A stretch of 64,000 nucleotides of DNA from Promethearchaeati archaeon (GTDB lineage: Archaea > Asgardarchaeota > Heimdallarchaeia > Heimdallarchaeales > Heimdallarchaeaceae). Shown here piece after piece: positions 1 through 9,429 of this stretch (positions within the stretch are counted from its first letter, which is position 1; each line of letters starts with the position of its first letter). Where the stretch lies: the NCBI GenBank assembly GCA_013166775.1, contig JABLTJ010000008.1, forward strand, positions 32,001 through 96,000, read 5' to 3'. Made by a program: the position numbers and the translations under genes. The notes beneath the pieces were generated by a model. That model did not search any database, was not told the origin of the DNA, and worked only from the letters and a program-made list of their open reading frames with translations.

Positions 1-76
1 AATATTCAGGACCAGCAGACAAAGTATCTTTTCCTACAAGTTTTTCTATTAAAACTCCTACAATCTTCCCTTTCAT
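1..76 (-). CDS. 5' end of a hypothetical protein, truncated by the window edge (MKGKIVGVLIEKLVGKDTLSAGPEY...)
   Basis: ATG at 76 preceded by GTGA; frame stays open to the window edge. Confidence 0.5.
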   Translation of the reverse strand, partial: MKGKIVGVLIEKLVGKDTLSAGPEY

Positions 77-87
77 TTGTTTCACAA

Positions 88-312
88 TTATACGTTTACT
101 TTGTAATCCCTAGATTTTAAATTTTCCACCCAATCTTTCAGATTATCATAAAACAATAAGATTTTTTTTGTACCTTTTTGTTTATTCCCAATTTCTTCAG
201 ATTTCTAAGATTGCTAAGACTTTCCGGAAGTTCTTCCAATGGATTATTAAAAATCTGCAGCTCTACAAGATTAGTCTAGTTCCCTATATTTGCTGGTAAA
301 GTAACGCTTAGC
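88..312 (-). pseudogene. Leucine-rich repeat protein remnant (C-terminal fragment)
   Basis: Hand translation gives LPANIGN*TNLVELQIFNNPLEELPESLSNLRNLKKLGI, an LRR consensus with an in-frame TAG; after a frameshift in the A-run it continues ILLFYDNLKDWVENLKSRDYKVNV*; no start codon. Confidence 0.7.
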
Positions 313-329
313 TAGTATCGATAAATAAC

Positions 330-896
330 TTATTTTACAATATCTTTCAATATTTTATTGTTTTTCACTATTCCCCAAGCACAGAATTCGAGATTCTTCC
401 AACGTAAGAATTGTTGATTATCTGGTATATTTAGCAAATGAGCAAAGTAGAGTGATAAGTTAATACCATGACAAACAATAAGAATCTTCCTATTTGAAAA
501 CTCCAGATTCAAAGCTCTTACACCAACTAGAAATCTATCCAAAGTACTCTTTGCTGATTCCCAATTATCAGCACATTCTTCCTTATCCGTTAAAGCTCTC
601 TCAACCTTTTTATCGTACTCACTTTTTCTTGTTTGATAAGAAAATCCTCTGTTCAACTCATTAAAACTAGCATTAGACTTAATCTTTTTATCTAGTTTTT
701 TTGCGATGAAAGACGCTGTTTGTAAAGCTTTTTTCTCTGCTGATGAAATTATTATTTCTATATCATCAAATACTCCACTTTGTACTTTCTCTTTGATATT
801 CTTGATTCCTTCTTCTGATAGATCCCACTGATCAGCTGGTTTAGATAAATCTACATTTGTTAAAGCATGTCTTAAGAAAATGAATTCATTTGACAT
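330..896 (-). CDS. Histidine phosphatase (phosphoglycerate mutase-like) family protein
   Basis: FLRHA N-terminal motif, SS..KALQTA, NEL, IVCHG. Confidence 0.85.
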   Translation of the reverse strand: MSNEFIFLRHALTNVDLSKPADQWDLSEEGIKNIKEKVQSGVFDDIEIIISSAEKKALQTASFIAKKLDKKIKSNASFNELNRGFSYQTRKSEYDKKVERALTDKEECADNWESAKSTLDRFLVGVRALNLEFSNRKILIVCHGINLSLYFAHLLNIPDNQQFLRWKNLEFCAWGIVKNNKILKDIVK

Positions 897-900
897 AAAT

Positions 901-1476
901 TTAAATTACCTCTCCAGTTATATCTCTTATAACTTCATTGTCTTTGACTATTCCCCATGCGCATTGTTTTAGTGATTTATACCTTGGAAATAGATTTGAC
1001 AAAGGTTCCTTTAACTGTTGAGTGAAATAAAGAGTCATAACTATACCATGGCTAACAATCAGAATTTTCTTGTGGTTATACTCACTGTTTATTCTATCAA
1101 TTGCCATTTGGTATCTTTTGTAAGCTTTATTTGCAGGTTCCCAGTTTGCTATATCTTTTTCATAATTTGTCAAAACGGATTCTGCAATTTCCATATATTC
1201 AGCAGAAGTTTCTATCAGTTCAGCTCCTTTTTCAATCTCATTTAAGTCTGGATTTGTAATGATTTCCTTATCTAAACGATTTGCAAGGAAATAGGCTGTT
1301 TGAATACACATTTTCTGTGAAGAAGAGATTATCACATTTACATCATCAAATATTCCCGCAGTAAATACTTCTTCTATGTACTTTAATCCTTCATCCGATA
1401 AAATCCACTTTTCAGAATGAGCATCAGTGTCTTTTTTGATTTTTGCATGTCTTAGAAAAATAATTGTGTTTTGCAT
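901..1476 (-). CDS. Histidine phosphatase family protein, tandem paralog; likely start MQNTIIFLRHA at 1476
   Basis: FLRHA, SS..CIQTA, LNE, IVSHG; aligns end to end with 330..896 including the CAWGIVK C-terminus. Confidence 0.85.
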   Translation of the reverse strand: MQNTIIFLRHAKIKKDTDAHSEKWILSDEGLKYIEEVFTAGIFDDVNVIISSSQKMCIQTAYFLANRLDKEIITNPDLNEIEKGAELIETSAEYMEIAESVLTNYEKDIANWEPANKAYKRYQMAIDRINSEYNHKKILIVSHGIVMTLYFTQQLKEPLSNLFPRYKSLKQCAWGIVKDNEVIRDITGEVI

Positions 1477-1516
1477 GTAATCAAAAGAAAACAGAAAGGA
1501 AAAATAAAAATCTTTT

Positions 1517-1576
1517 CTAAAGACCAATTATTGGAATGTCCACTCTAGATGATAGAAAGTAGAAGCCCCATTTCAT
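1517..1576 (-). CDS. Candidate 19-aa small ORF MKWGFYFLSSRVDIPIIGL
   Basis: ATG preceded by AGTGGTCG, the same motif that precedes the ATG at 31765; AT-rich TATA-like stretch near 1615-1625; T-rich tract downstream. Confidence 0.25.
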   Translation of the reverse strand: MKWGFYFLSSRVDIPIIGL

Positions 1577-1680
1577 CGTTTCGACCACTTATTTTATCTC
1601 AATACCATGAATATATTTTAAAAACTGATTGAACATAATGAAATAAGAAGCAATCCAATACTGGAAATGGATGTGAAAAA

Positions 1681-2360
1681 TTGTTCAAAATACATACGAT
1701 AAAATTTGGTTTTGTAAAAGTGTACCTCCTAGAAACAGAGAGTGGATTGGTTTTAATTGATACTGGTTTACCAAAAAGCGAAAATAAACTCTGGAAGTAT
1801 ATGGAAAACAAAAACTCAAACCTAAGGATATTAAACTAATCATTATTACTCATGGTCACCAAGATCATGTTGGAAGCTTAAGAGCAATTAAAAACAGAAC
1901 CAAAGCACAAATTCTTATTCATGCACATGATGGTTTATTACTGAATGCTGGAATAAGTCCCAAAGTCTATCCTACTATTTGGATTTTAAAGAAATTCTAT
2001 AACCCAGATAAAGAATTAAAAATTACACCAGTAAAATCTGATATTATAATTACTGATGAATATTCATTAGAAGAATTTGGTATTAATGGGAAAGTTATAC
2101 ACACCCCTGGGCATACAAAGGGTTCAATTACTGTGATAGTTGATTCAAAATATGCTTTTGTTGGAGATCTAGCTATGAAAATTCCTCCCTTATCTTTTTC
2201 ATATGAACCTATTATAGCTGAAAACTTGAAACAAGTATATTCTAGTTGGCAGAAGATTATTGATTATGGAGTAGAAGAAATTTACCCATCTCATGGAAAA
2301 ATTTTCAATATTAAATTATTGAGCAAAATTCTAAATAAAAGAAAAGGAAAAGAGAAGTGA
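1681..2360 (+). pseudogene. MBL-fold metallo-hydrolase split by a 1-nt frameshift near 1805-1815 (pseudogene or sequencing error)
   Basis: Frame from TTG 1681 encodes VYLLE..GLVLIDTG; the -1 frame carries THGHQDH, HTPGHT, GD and PSHG and includes ORF 2133..2360. Confidence 0.85.
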
Positions 2361-2364
2361 GATA

Positions 2365-4026
2365 TTATTCGTAGAGTTGTACTAAACGATCGATTACAAT
2401 ATCACTTCTATATTCAGGTAAGAGCATTGGAGCATAGCGTTTTTCTTTCAACCCTAAAGAATCTAGTGTCAAGGTATTTTTTCTAACATGGTCTAAAGAT
2501 AATTTTCCTACTTTGACCTTATTTATCTCTTTAGCCGCTTCTATACCTGCACGACGACCAAAAACATTGATTTCGAGGAGTGAATTACCCATAAGACGAT
2601 TCTTACCGTGAACCCCTCCTGAAACTTCTCCTGCAATCATCAGTCCAGGAATAGAACTATGACACCTTTCATCATGTAAAACTCCACCATTTTGATAATG
2701 GAGTGTTGGATAAATTAGAATTGGATCCACAGTCATATCTATACCAAAGCGTTGGAACATACGGTCCATTGCCGCGAGATTTTTCTTTATGGTTCCTTTC
2801 CCTCTGATTTCCTCAATTAAAGGAGAATCTAACCATACTCCTCTCATACCTGTAGGAGATTCGATGTAATTATCTGTATTATTACAACATCTAATAATTG
2901 CAGAAGCTTCAACGTCTCTAGGTTCCAATGGATAACAAACTTGCTCTCCGTTTCTTCCTAATACTTGAGCTCCTAATCCTCTAACCTTTTCAGTAATTAG
3001 AAGTCCAACGATTTGCTCTGGATATGCTGCTCCAGTAGGATGGAATTGGGTTGATTCAAGATTCCTTAGTTTTGCGTTAGCTCTATAAGCCATTAGTACT
3101 CCATCCATTGTCGCACCATAATGATTTGTTGTTGGAAATCCTGCAACGTGAAGTCTTCCAAATCCTCCGGTTGCCATAATAGTAGTTTTCGCTCTTACAA
3201 CGAAATATTGTTTTGTTTCAAGATGATAAAGAATAGCACCTGCAACTCTACCTGTTTCATCAGTTAACAATTCTATTGCGGGAGTGAACTCTAGTACTGG
3301 GATGTTAAGATTTCTAAATTCATCTCTTACAACTCTAAAGATTTCTAAACCTGTATAATCCTTTGAACTATGCATTCTAAATCTGGATGTACCTCCACCA
3401 GAAAGTACCATGAAATTCCCGTTTTCATCTAAATCATACATTACACCAAGATCTTTGTGCCATTTTAGAATTGTTGGCGCGTCACTAACTAGAGCTTTTG
3501 CTAATTCTGGAATATTATCAAAATGACCACCACCAACAGCATCAAGATAATGAATCAAAGGAGAATCCTCAGGCCTATCTGCAATTTGAATTCCTCCTTG
3601 TGCCATTACTGTGTTAGCATCACCGTGTCTTAGTTTACTACTAACAAGAATGTCTTCAGCAGGTACTCCTGAGTAATTAGCCCATATTGCAGCAGCAGTG
3701 CCAGCACCTCCAGCACCTATAATTAGAACTCCCACATCATAATCGATTTTTGAAAGATCAATTTCATCAGGATTGATAATCGGGTAAGATTCAAGAATAT
3801 TTGCAATTTCTTCAGGAACTATATCACCCTTGTTTTCTCCATATAGAAGAGCCCTTTTTACATCTGTTTTGTAGTCTGGATGGTTTTCTTTGAGAACCTT
3901 GTCACGTTCTTCCATTGTCATGTGAGGAAATGCTTCATTAATACGCTTGCTTCTAGTTTTATTGACATTTTCAATCGATTTTCTCATTTCTTCTGTATAT
4001 CCACCTATTAGTTTCATTTTTTGCAC
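2365..4026 (-). CDS. frdA: Soluble fumarate reductase/succinate dehydrogenase flavoprotein (TfrA/FrdA-like)
   Basis: GAGGAG FAD motif, MAQGGI, QFHPT, TE..RG, PRD, HYQNGG, HGKNRLMGNSL. Confidence 0.85.
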   Translation of the reverse strand: MQKMKLIGGYTEEMRKSIENVNKTRSKRINEAFPHMTMEERDKVLKENHPDYKTDVKRALLYGENKGDIVPEEIANILESYPIINPDEIDLSKIDYDVGVLIIGAGGAGTAAAIWANYSGVPAEDILVSSKLRHGDANTVMAQGGIQIADRPEDSPLIHYLDAVGGGHFDNIPELAKALVSDAPTILKWHKDLGVMYDLDENGNFMVLSGGGTSRFRMHSSKDYTGLEIFRVVRDEFRNLNIPVLEFTPAIELLTDETGRVAGAILYHLETKQYFVVRAKTTIMATGGFGRLHVAGFPTTNHYGATMDGVLMAYRANAKLRNLESTQFHPTGAAYPEQIVGLLITEKVRGLGAQVLGRNGEQVCYPLEPRDVEASAIIRCCNNTDNYIESPTGMRGVWLDSPLIEEIRGKGTIKKNLAAMDRMFQRFGIDMTVDPILIYPTLHYQNGGVLHDERCHSSIPGLMIAGEVSGGVHGKNRLMGNSLLEINVFGRRAGIEAAKEINKVKVGKLSLDHVRKNTLTLDSLGLKEKRYAPMLLPEYRSDIVIDRLVQLYE

Positions 4027-4030
4027 CTCT

Positions 4031-4747
4031 TCAATTTGTCTCCTTATCTCTATTCTTGTATTTCTCTTCTAGTTCATCTTTTGATAAAGAGAATAATTCT
4101 TTGAATCCATCTTCATAAATTCCATCATCAATTTCCTTAATCCTCTCACCGAGATAAGAAGGTGTTTTCATTATGTATCTTCCATAGAGTCTTCTGACTA
4201 ACTGTGCTACATGGTACTGTGGTATCTCTGCAGGACATCGTATAACACACAGACCGCAGCTTACACAGTCGAAGCTTTCCTCAGCTGCTTTGTCAATTTG
4301 ACCTTGAAGACTGTGTTGAATATAATCCATTACTTTGATATCTTGCGGACATACTTTACTACAAGCATTGCAACTTAGACATCTAGCTACTTCCGGGAAG
4401 TAACGAAGAACTGCATTAGCAGATGCGACTAAATTATTGATATCATATACAGGTCTATCTGCTGGTACGAATGGTAATTGTGTTAGAAACATCCCCTCTT
4501 CAACCATGGTTTGACAAGCAAGTGCTGTGTAGATGTGGAAGTCACCTTCCTTTCTATAAACTGTGGAACATGCTCCACAGAAACCTGCTCTACATCCTGA
4601 ACCTCTTGTAAACTTATAGCCTACAAATTCCATAGCTTTCATTATAGTTAATGTTGCTGGAACCTCATAGACTTGCCCCATTATGTATATCTTAACTTTA
4701 TAATTTTCTTCTTTCTCGTTTTCTGTTATAGTTTTTATTTTAGACAT
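4031..4747 (-). CDS. Fumarate reductase Fe-S subunit (2Fe-2S plus 2x4Fe-4S), FrdB/TfrB N-terminal-like
   Basis: CRAGFCGAC...LAC 2Fe-2S motif; CLSCNACSKVCP and CVSCGLCVIRCP; adjacent to the flavoprotein. Confidence 0.8.
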   Translation of the reverse strand: MSKIKTITENEKEENYKVKIYIMGQVYEVPATLTIMKAMEFVGYKFTRGSGCRAGFCGACSTVYRKEGDFHIYTALACQTMVEEGMFLTQLPFVPADRPVYDINNLVASANAVLRYFPEVARCLSCNACSKVCPQDIKVMDYIQHSLQGQIDKAAEESFDCVSCGLCVIRCPAEIPQYHVAQLVRRLYGRYIMKTPSYLGERIKEIDDGIYEDGFKELFSLSKDELEEKYKNRDKETN

Positions 4748-4756
4748 TTTAATCCT

Positions 4757-5656
4757 CTACAACAATTTTAACTCCTCTAATAGAATTCTAGGATCAATTT
4801 CATGATCCTCAAAATGGTTAATCTCCAATGATTCACCAAAGGCTAATGCCATTAGTTGACTGAAATAAAACACAGGTAAAGAATCTTTTCTTCCTGTTTT
4901 TTCATCTATTACTTTTTGTTGCTGATCTATATTATAAGCACATAAAGGACATGCTACTGCAAGTGCATTAGCTCCTCGTACTCTTGCTGCTTCAACAATT
5001 TTCTCTACTTGACCTGCAACTATATCTTCCTGATCCACTATATGATATGATCCACAACAATACTTGAATAATGGAGAGAAAATAGCTTCTGCTCCAAGGC
5101 TTTCCATTAAGTCTTCAAGAACTGTTGGCATTTCTATATCATCAATTTTTGCTTTTTCTGGATGCAATAACATACATCCATAATATGGAGATACTTTTAA
5201 TCCTTCTAACGGTTTAACAACATTACTCCTTATTTGTTCAAAACCAATGCTATCTCTTAACACTTCAAGAAAGTGTTTTACTTCCATGTCAATTGAATAA
5301 GTTTCATTATCTTCTTCTAGTTGAAAGTTTATTGTTTCTAAATCATCAGGATTTTCCTTGACTTCTTCATTAACAATTTTCAAAGTACTATTACACATTG
5401 AACAAAGAGTAACGACATGGTTTGATGTGTCTTTTAGATCCTCCAAATGATTTTTAGAACGAGCTAATACTCTTACTGGAGCAATACGTTTCATCAAATT
5501 ATCTGTGGTCATTGTATGAACAGTCCCACAACAATTCCAGTTTGGGATTTCAACAAGTTCTGAATTTAGTTTTTTACTCACAGCAATAGCTGTTTCCTCA
5601 AATCCTTTCGCGTTAGTTTTCAAGTTACAGCCTGGAAAGTAGGAATATTGTACCAT
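4757..5656 (-). CDS. hdrB: Heterodisulfide reductase subunit B (two CCG domains)
   Basis: YFPGC, WNCCG, CSMC, YYGC, YCCG, ACPLC. Confidence 0.9.
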   Translation of the reverse strand: MVQYSYFPGCNLKTNAKGFEETAIAVSKKLNSELVEIPNWNCCGTVHTMTTDNLMKRIAPVRVLARSKNHLEDLKDTSNHVVTLCSMCNSTLKIVNEEVKENPDDLETINFQLEEDNETYSIDMEVKHFLEVLRDSIGFEQIRSNVVKPLEGLKVSPYYGCMLLHPEKAKIDDIEMPTVLEDLMESLGAEAIFSPLFKYCCGSYHIVDQEDIVAGQVEKIVEAARVRGANALAVACPLCAYNIDQQQKVIDEKTGRKDSLPVFYFSQLMALAFGESLEINHFEDHEIDPRILLEELKLL

Positions 5657-5662
5657 CTATAA

Positions 5663-6073
5663 TCACCCTGTTTTTTTGCGAAAACTTCCAACCAGTGCTA
5701 TGTTGGGAAGCTTATTTAATACATCCTTAGGAATATCAGCTATTTTCATTTTTTCAGGTTCTTCTCTCAAGATATATTCACGTACAGCCTCCATTAGAGC
5801 TGCCACATCTATTTCACGAGGACAACGTATTGTGCAAGTGAGACAACTTGCACATATCCAATGTGTATTTGCTTTGAGAACTTTTTCCTTTTGTCCCATC
5901 TGAATGAAATGAATAAGTTGGTTAACTGTTTTATCCATTTTATTACTGAATGCACATCCCGCAGAACATTTACCACATTGATAGCAGCTATAGATATTCT
6001 GACCTGAAATTTCCTGTATTTTCTCTATGAAGTCTTTTTCTTCTTGTCCGAATTTAATATATTCATAAGACAT
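5663..6073 (-). CDS. hdrC: Heterodisulfide reductase subunit C
   Basis: CYQCGKCSAGC and WICASCLTCTIRCP. Confidence 0.9.
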   Translation of the reverse strand: MSYEYIKFGQEEKDFIEKIQEISGQNIYSCYQCGKCSAGCAFSNKMDKTVNQLIHFIQMGQKEKVLKANTHWICASCLTCTIRCPREIDVAALMEAVREYILREEPEKMKIADIPKDVLNKLPNIALVGSFRKKTG

Positions 6074-6557
6074 TGGTTTTTATCTCCTCTTTTGTTTTTT
6101 GGAGAATAACATTATACACTTGCTTAACGATTTCATCAAACTTACTTTTTAGTTCTTTTGATAGCTCATCATTAAATTCCATTACATTTATTATTTCTAT
6201 ACCAAGAATAATAATATCTTCTGGTATGTCATCATGTACTTGTTTACAAAATTCTAAAGCTGTGAAGAAATCCATATTATGATAATCTGAAATATGCAAA
6301 GCACTTGCAAAATCATCCGGTTTAAGTTCTACAACAGTTCCTTTTTGATAATTTCTTGTTTGAATTGAATCAACAAGAATAATTTTGTCGTAACCTTTGA
6401 ACAACTCTACAAGTCCAATCCCCCCTACTGAAACATCTCCAATAACTTCAACACTACTTGGAAGAGAAAGTGTCTTTTGAATGAAGTCGACAACTTTGAT
6501 TCCTACCCCATCATCTCCAACTATAGGGTTTCCTAAACCAATCAAAGCTATTTTCAT
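6063..6557 (-). CDS. Hydrogenase maturation protease
   Basis: IGLGNPIVGDDGVG motif, ILVDS, HNM; lies in an operon with a NiFe large subunit. Confidence 0.9.
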   Translation of the reverse strand: MKIALIGLGNPIVGDDGVGIKVVDFIQKTLSLPSSVEVIGDVSVGGIGLVELFKGYDKIILVDSIQTRNYQKGTVVELKPDDFASALHISDYHNMDFFTALEFCKQVHDDIPEDIIILGIEIINVMEFNDELSKELKSKFDEIVKQVYNVILQKTKEEIKTNVL

Positions 6558-6610
6558 TCTGTTCTCCTCATTTTGTTCATTCCAGTTATTGAATCCGTTT
6601 ATTATAATCC

Positions 6611-8578
6611 TTATTCATCTGCTAAAGCCTTTATTAAGGATAAAATTTGGCTATCTGTATAACCAAGTTGATCTATGGCTCCGTTCAAACAGGTTGCAGC
6701 ACATGTTCCACAACCTTTGCAGACTGCTGCATTTACATCAGCTATTTCGAAAGTATACCCATACCTATCTATTGCTTTCAATTCGATTGCACCATAAGGA
6801 CATGAATCTACACACATGCCACATCCACGACAAAGTACATCATTTACTTTAGCGATAGTTGCTTCAACTTCTAGTTCTTTTTGAGCTAAGATATTAATAG
6901 ACCTAATAGCTGCTCTTCCAGCATGAGATACAACATCAGGAATATCCTTTGGACCAGAAACTGTACCTGCGATATAAACTCCAGATATTGAAGTTTCAAC
7001 AGGTTTAAGCTTAGGATGAGCTTCTTTAACAAATCCTGACATGTCTCTAGAAAGTTTAAGCAGATTGGAAATTTCTTTAGTACCCTCACTTGGTTGAATA
7101 CCAGTTGCCAAAACTACCATATCTGCATGCATTTCTATTGTTTCAGCTGTTAAAGTATTAACTCCCTTGATAAGTATTCGATCTCCATCTTGTAAAACTT
7201 CTGAAACTTTACCTCTGATGAAAATCACATTCTCTTCTTCAGCTGCTCTTTTGTAGAATTCCTCATAATCCTTCCCACCTGTTCTAATATCTATATAGAA
7301 ATTCACTGCTAAACCACTATGCACATGATGTTTGTATTGAAGAGCATGTTTAGTTGCGTACATACAACAGATCTTTGAACAATAAGAGAGATTTTTAGCA
7401 GGATCTCTAGATCCTGCACAGTGAATAAAAATAACTGTTTGAGGTATCCTTCCATCTGAAGGTCTTCTCACCAATCCAGCTGTAGGTCCATTTGCTGCTA
7501 AGATTCGTTCAAACTCTAAACCAGAAATGACATCTTGAATAGTGCCATAGCCATACTCTCCAATATTCTCTATTGGATATGTTTCATATCCTGTTGCAAC
7601 AACTATTGCCCCAAATTCATCTTCAATAATTTCCTCTCTCATGTCAAAATCAATAGCTTCTGGTCCACATACGTCTCTACATTTAGAGCAAATCAATGGT
7701 TCGATTCCTAGACAATTATCAGGATTGATAATGTATGATGCTGGAACTGCTTGAGGATTAGCAATATAGATAGCTTTTCTTGGAGAAAGATTTTCATTAT
7801 ATTCATCATGCACAATTACAGGACATACTGGAACACAATCATCACATAAAGTGCATTTATCTTCAATTACATATCTAGGATTTCTCTTTATTTTTACTTT
7901 GAAATTTCCAATGTAACCATCAACTTGTTTTACTTCACTATTTGCATAGAGTGTGATATTAGGATGACGTCCCACATCAACCATTTTGGGGCTCAAAATA
8001 CACTGGGAACAGTCCAAAGTTGGGAAGGTTTTGTCTAATTGAGCCATCTTTCCTCCAATTGTAGATTTCTTCTCAACAAGAGTAACTTGAAAACCAGAAT
8101 TTGCAATGTCTAGAGCTGCTTGTATTCCAGCTATTCCTCCTCCGATGACAAGAGCTTTTGATATAACTCCAACCTTTTTTCGATCTAGAGGTTCCATTAG
8201 CTCTGATCGCATAACAGCTCCTTTTACTAGAGATACTGCTTTATCTGTTCCTTTATCTTTGTCAGCATGAACCCAAGAACATTGCTCTCGAATGTTTACC
8301 ATTTCCAGACAATATGGGTTTAATCCTTTATCTTCTAGCACGGCACGAAATGTTGGTTCATGCATACTAGGAGAACAAGCTGCTACTACAACTTTATCTA
8401 AACCAAATTCTTCTATATCCTGTCTGATTAATTCTTGTCCTGGATCTGAGCATTTGTATTTGTAGACACGACTTACTGCTACATTTGGTAATAGTTTAAC
8501 ACTATCTGCTACTTCTTCTGTATCTACTGTGTCTGCAATGTTGCTTCCACATTCACATACATATACTCCAATTTTCAT
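6611..8578 (-). CDS. hdrA: Heterodisulfide reductase subunit A (copy 2)
   Basis: VYVCECGSNI, GGGIAG, DKTFPTLDC, CSKICCMY, C-terminal ferredoxin domain. Confidence 0.95.
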   Translation of the reverse strand: MKIGVYVCECGSNIADTVDTEEVADSVKLLPNVAVSRVYKYKCSDPGQELIRQDIEEFGLDKVVVAACSPSMHEPTFRAVLEDKGLNPYCLEMVNIREQCSWVHADKDKGTDKAVSLVKGAVMRSELMEPLDRKKVGVISKALVIGGGIAGIQAALDIANSGFQVTLVEKKSTIGGKMAQLDKTFPTLDCSQCILSPKMVDVGRHPNITLYANSEVKQVDGYIGNFKVKIKRNPRYVIEDKCTLCDDCVPVCPVIVHDEYNENLSPRKAIYIANPQAVPASYIINPDNCLGIEPLICSKCRDVCGPEAIDFDMREEIIEDEFGAIVVATGYETYPIENIGEYGYGTIQDVISGLEFERILAANGPTAGLVRRPSDGRIPQTVIFIHCAGSRDPAKNLSYCSKICCMYATKHALQYKHHVHSGLAVNFYIDIRTGGKDYEEFYKRAAEEENVIFIRGKVSEVLQDGDRILIKGVNTLTAETIEMHADMVVLATGIQPSEGTKEISNLLKLSRDMSGFVKEAHPKLKPVETSISGVYIAGTVSGPKDIPDVVSHAGRAAIRSINILAQKELEVEATIAKVNDVLCRGCGMCVDSCPYGAIELKAIDRYGYTFEIADVNAAVCKGCGTCAATCLNGAIDQLGYTDSQILSLIKALADE

Positions 8579-8592
8579 ACTTTTCTCCTCTT

Positions 8593-9429
8593 CTATATAT
8601 CTCCTTGAAGTTCCTTTAATTGATCATAAGAAAATACTGGGCCATCTTTGCAAACGTAAAGATTACCAATATTACATCTCCCACAAATGCCTATCCCACA
8701 TTTCATCCTCATTTCTAATGTGGTGTAAATTTGCTCCTCCTTGAATCCTAATTTCAGAAGATTCTGTATAACATAATGGATCATTATTGGAGGACCACAA
8801 GTTATTGCAATTGCATTTTCGGGTGCTGGATTAACTTCTAGAAGATTATCAGGAACAAAACCAACATATTTTTCCCAATGTTCTTCGTCAACATCAATTG
8901 AGAGATGCGCTTTAACATCATTTCTTTTTTCTAATTCAACAAATTCATCTTTATAACAAAGGTCTGCACTTGTTCGTGCTCCATAAATAATATCGATATT
9001 TCCATAATCTTCACGATTATCTAGTATGTAATTGATAACTGATCGTAATGGTGCTTGACCGATACCTCCCCCAATGAAAATTAGATTCCTTTTCTTCCAC
9101 CCTTCTACATCAAAGTTGTTACCATAGGGTCCTCTGACTCCGAGTGTATCCCCTTTCTCTAATTTGTGTAAAGCTGAGGTAACTTTACCGTGTTTCATTA
9201 CACTGACTTCAATGTAGTCCTTTTGTGTTGGTGAAGAGGAAATTGCGAACATACATTCTCCTGAACCAAAGAGACTAATCATTACACACTGTCCTGGGAT
9301 GAAACTGAAATTCTTCTTCTTATCATCTTGAAATGCTAGTCTGAAGGTTTTGATAGCTCTGTTCCCTTCAACTTCCTCTTTTACTCCTTCTATAATTGCT
9401 AAAGAAGGTAAATATGGATTCGCTTTCAT
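8593..9429 (-). CDS. flxA: FAD/NAD(P)-binding oxidoreductase (FlxA/sulfhydrogenase gamma-like)
   Basis: NPYLP start, RGPYGN, GGGIG, CGPPIM, MKCGIGICGRC...CKDGP. Confidence 0.8.
   Translation of the reverse strand: MKANPYLPSLAIIEGVKEEVEGNRAIKTFRLAFQDDKKKNFSFIPGQCVMISLFGSGECMFAISSSPTQKDYIEVSVMKHGKVTSALHKLEKGDTLGVRGPYGNNFDVEGWKKRNLIFIGGGIGQAPLRSVINYILDNREDYGNIDIIYGARTSADLCYKDEFVELEKRNDVKAHLSIDVDEEHWEKYVGFVPDNLLEVNPAPENAIAITCGPPIMIHYVIQNLLKLGFKEEQIYTTLEMRMKCGIGICGRCNIGNLYVCKDGPVFSYDQLKELQGDI

Noticed and set aside
1599-1811. 70-aa minus-strand ORF
   Set aside because: Antisense to the 5' half of the frameshifted MBL hydrolase
2133-2360. 75-aa stand-alone ORF
   Set aside because: It is only the C-terminal part of the MBL hydrolase frame that opens near 1812
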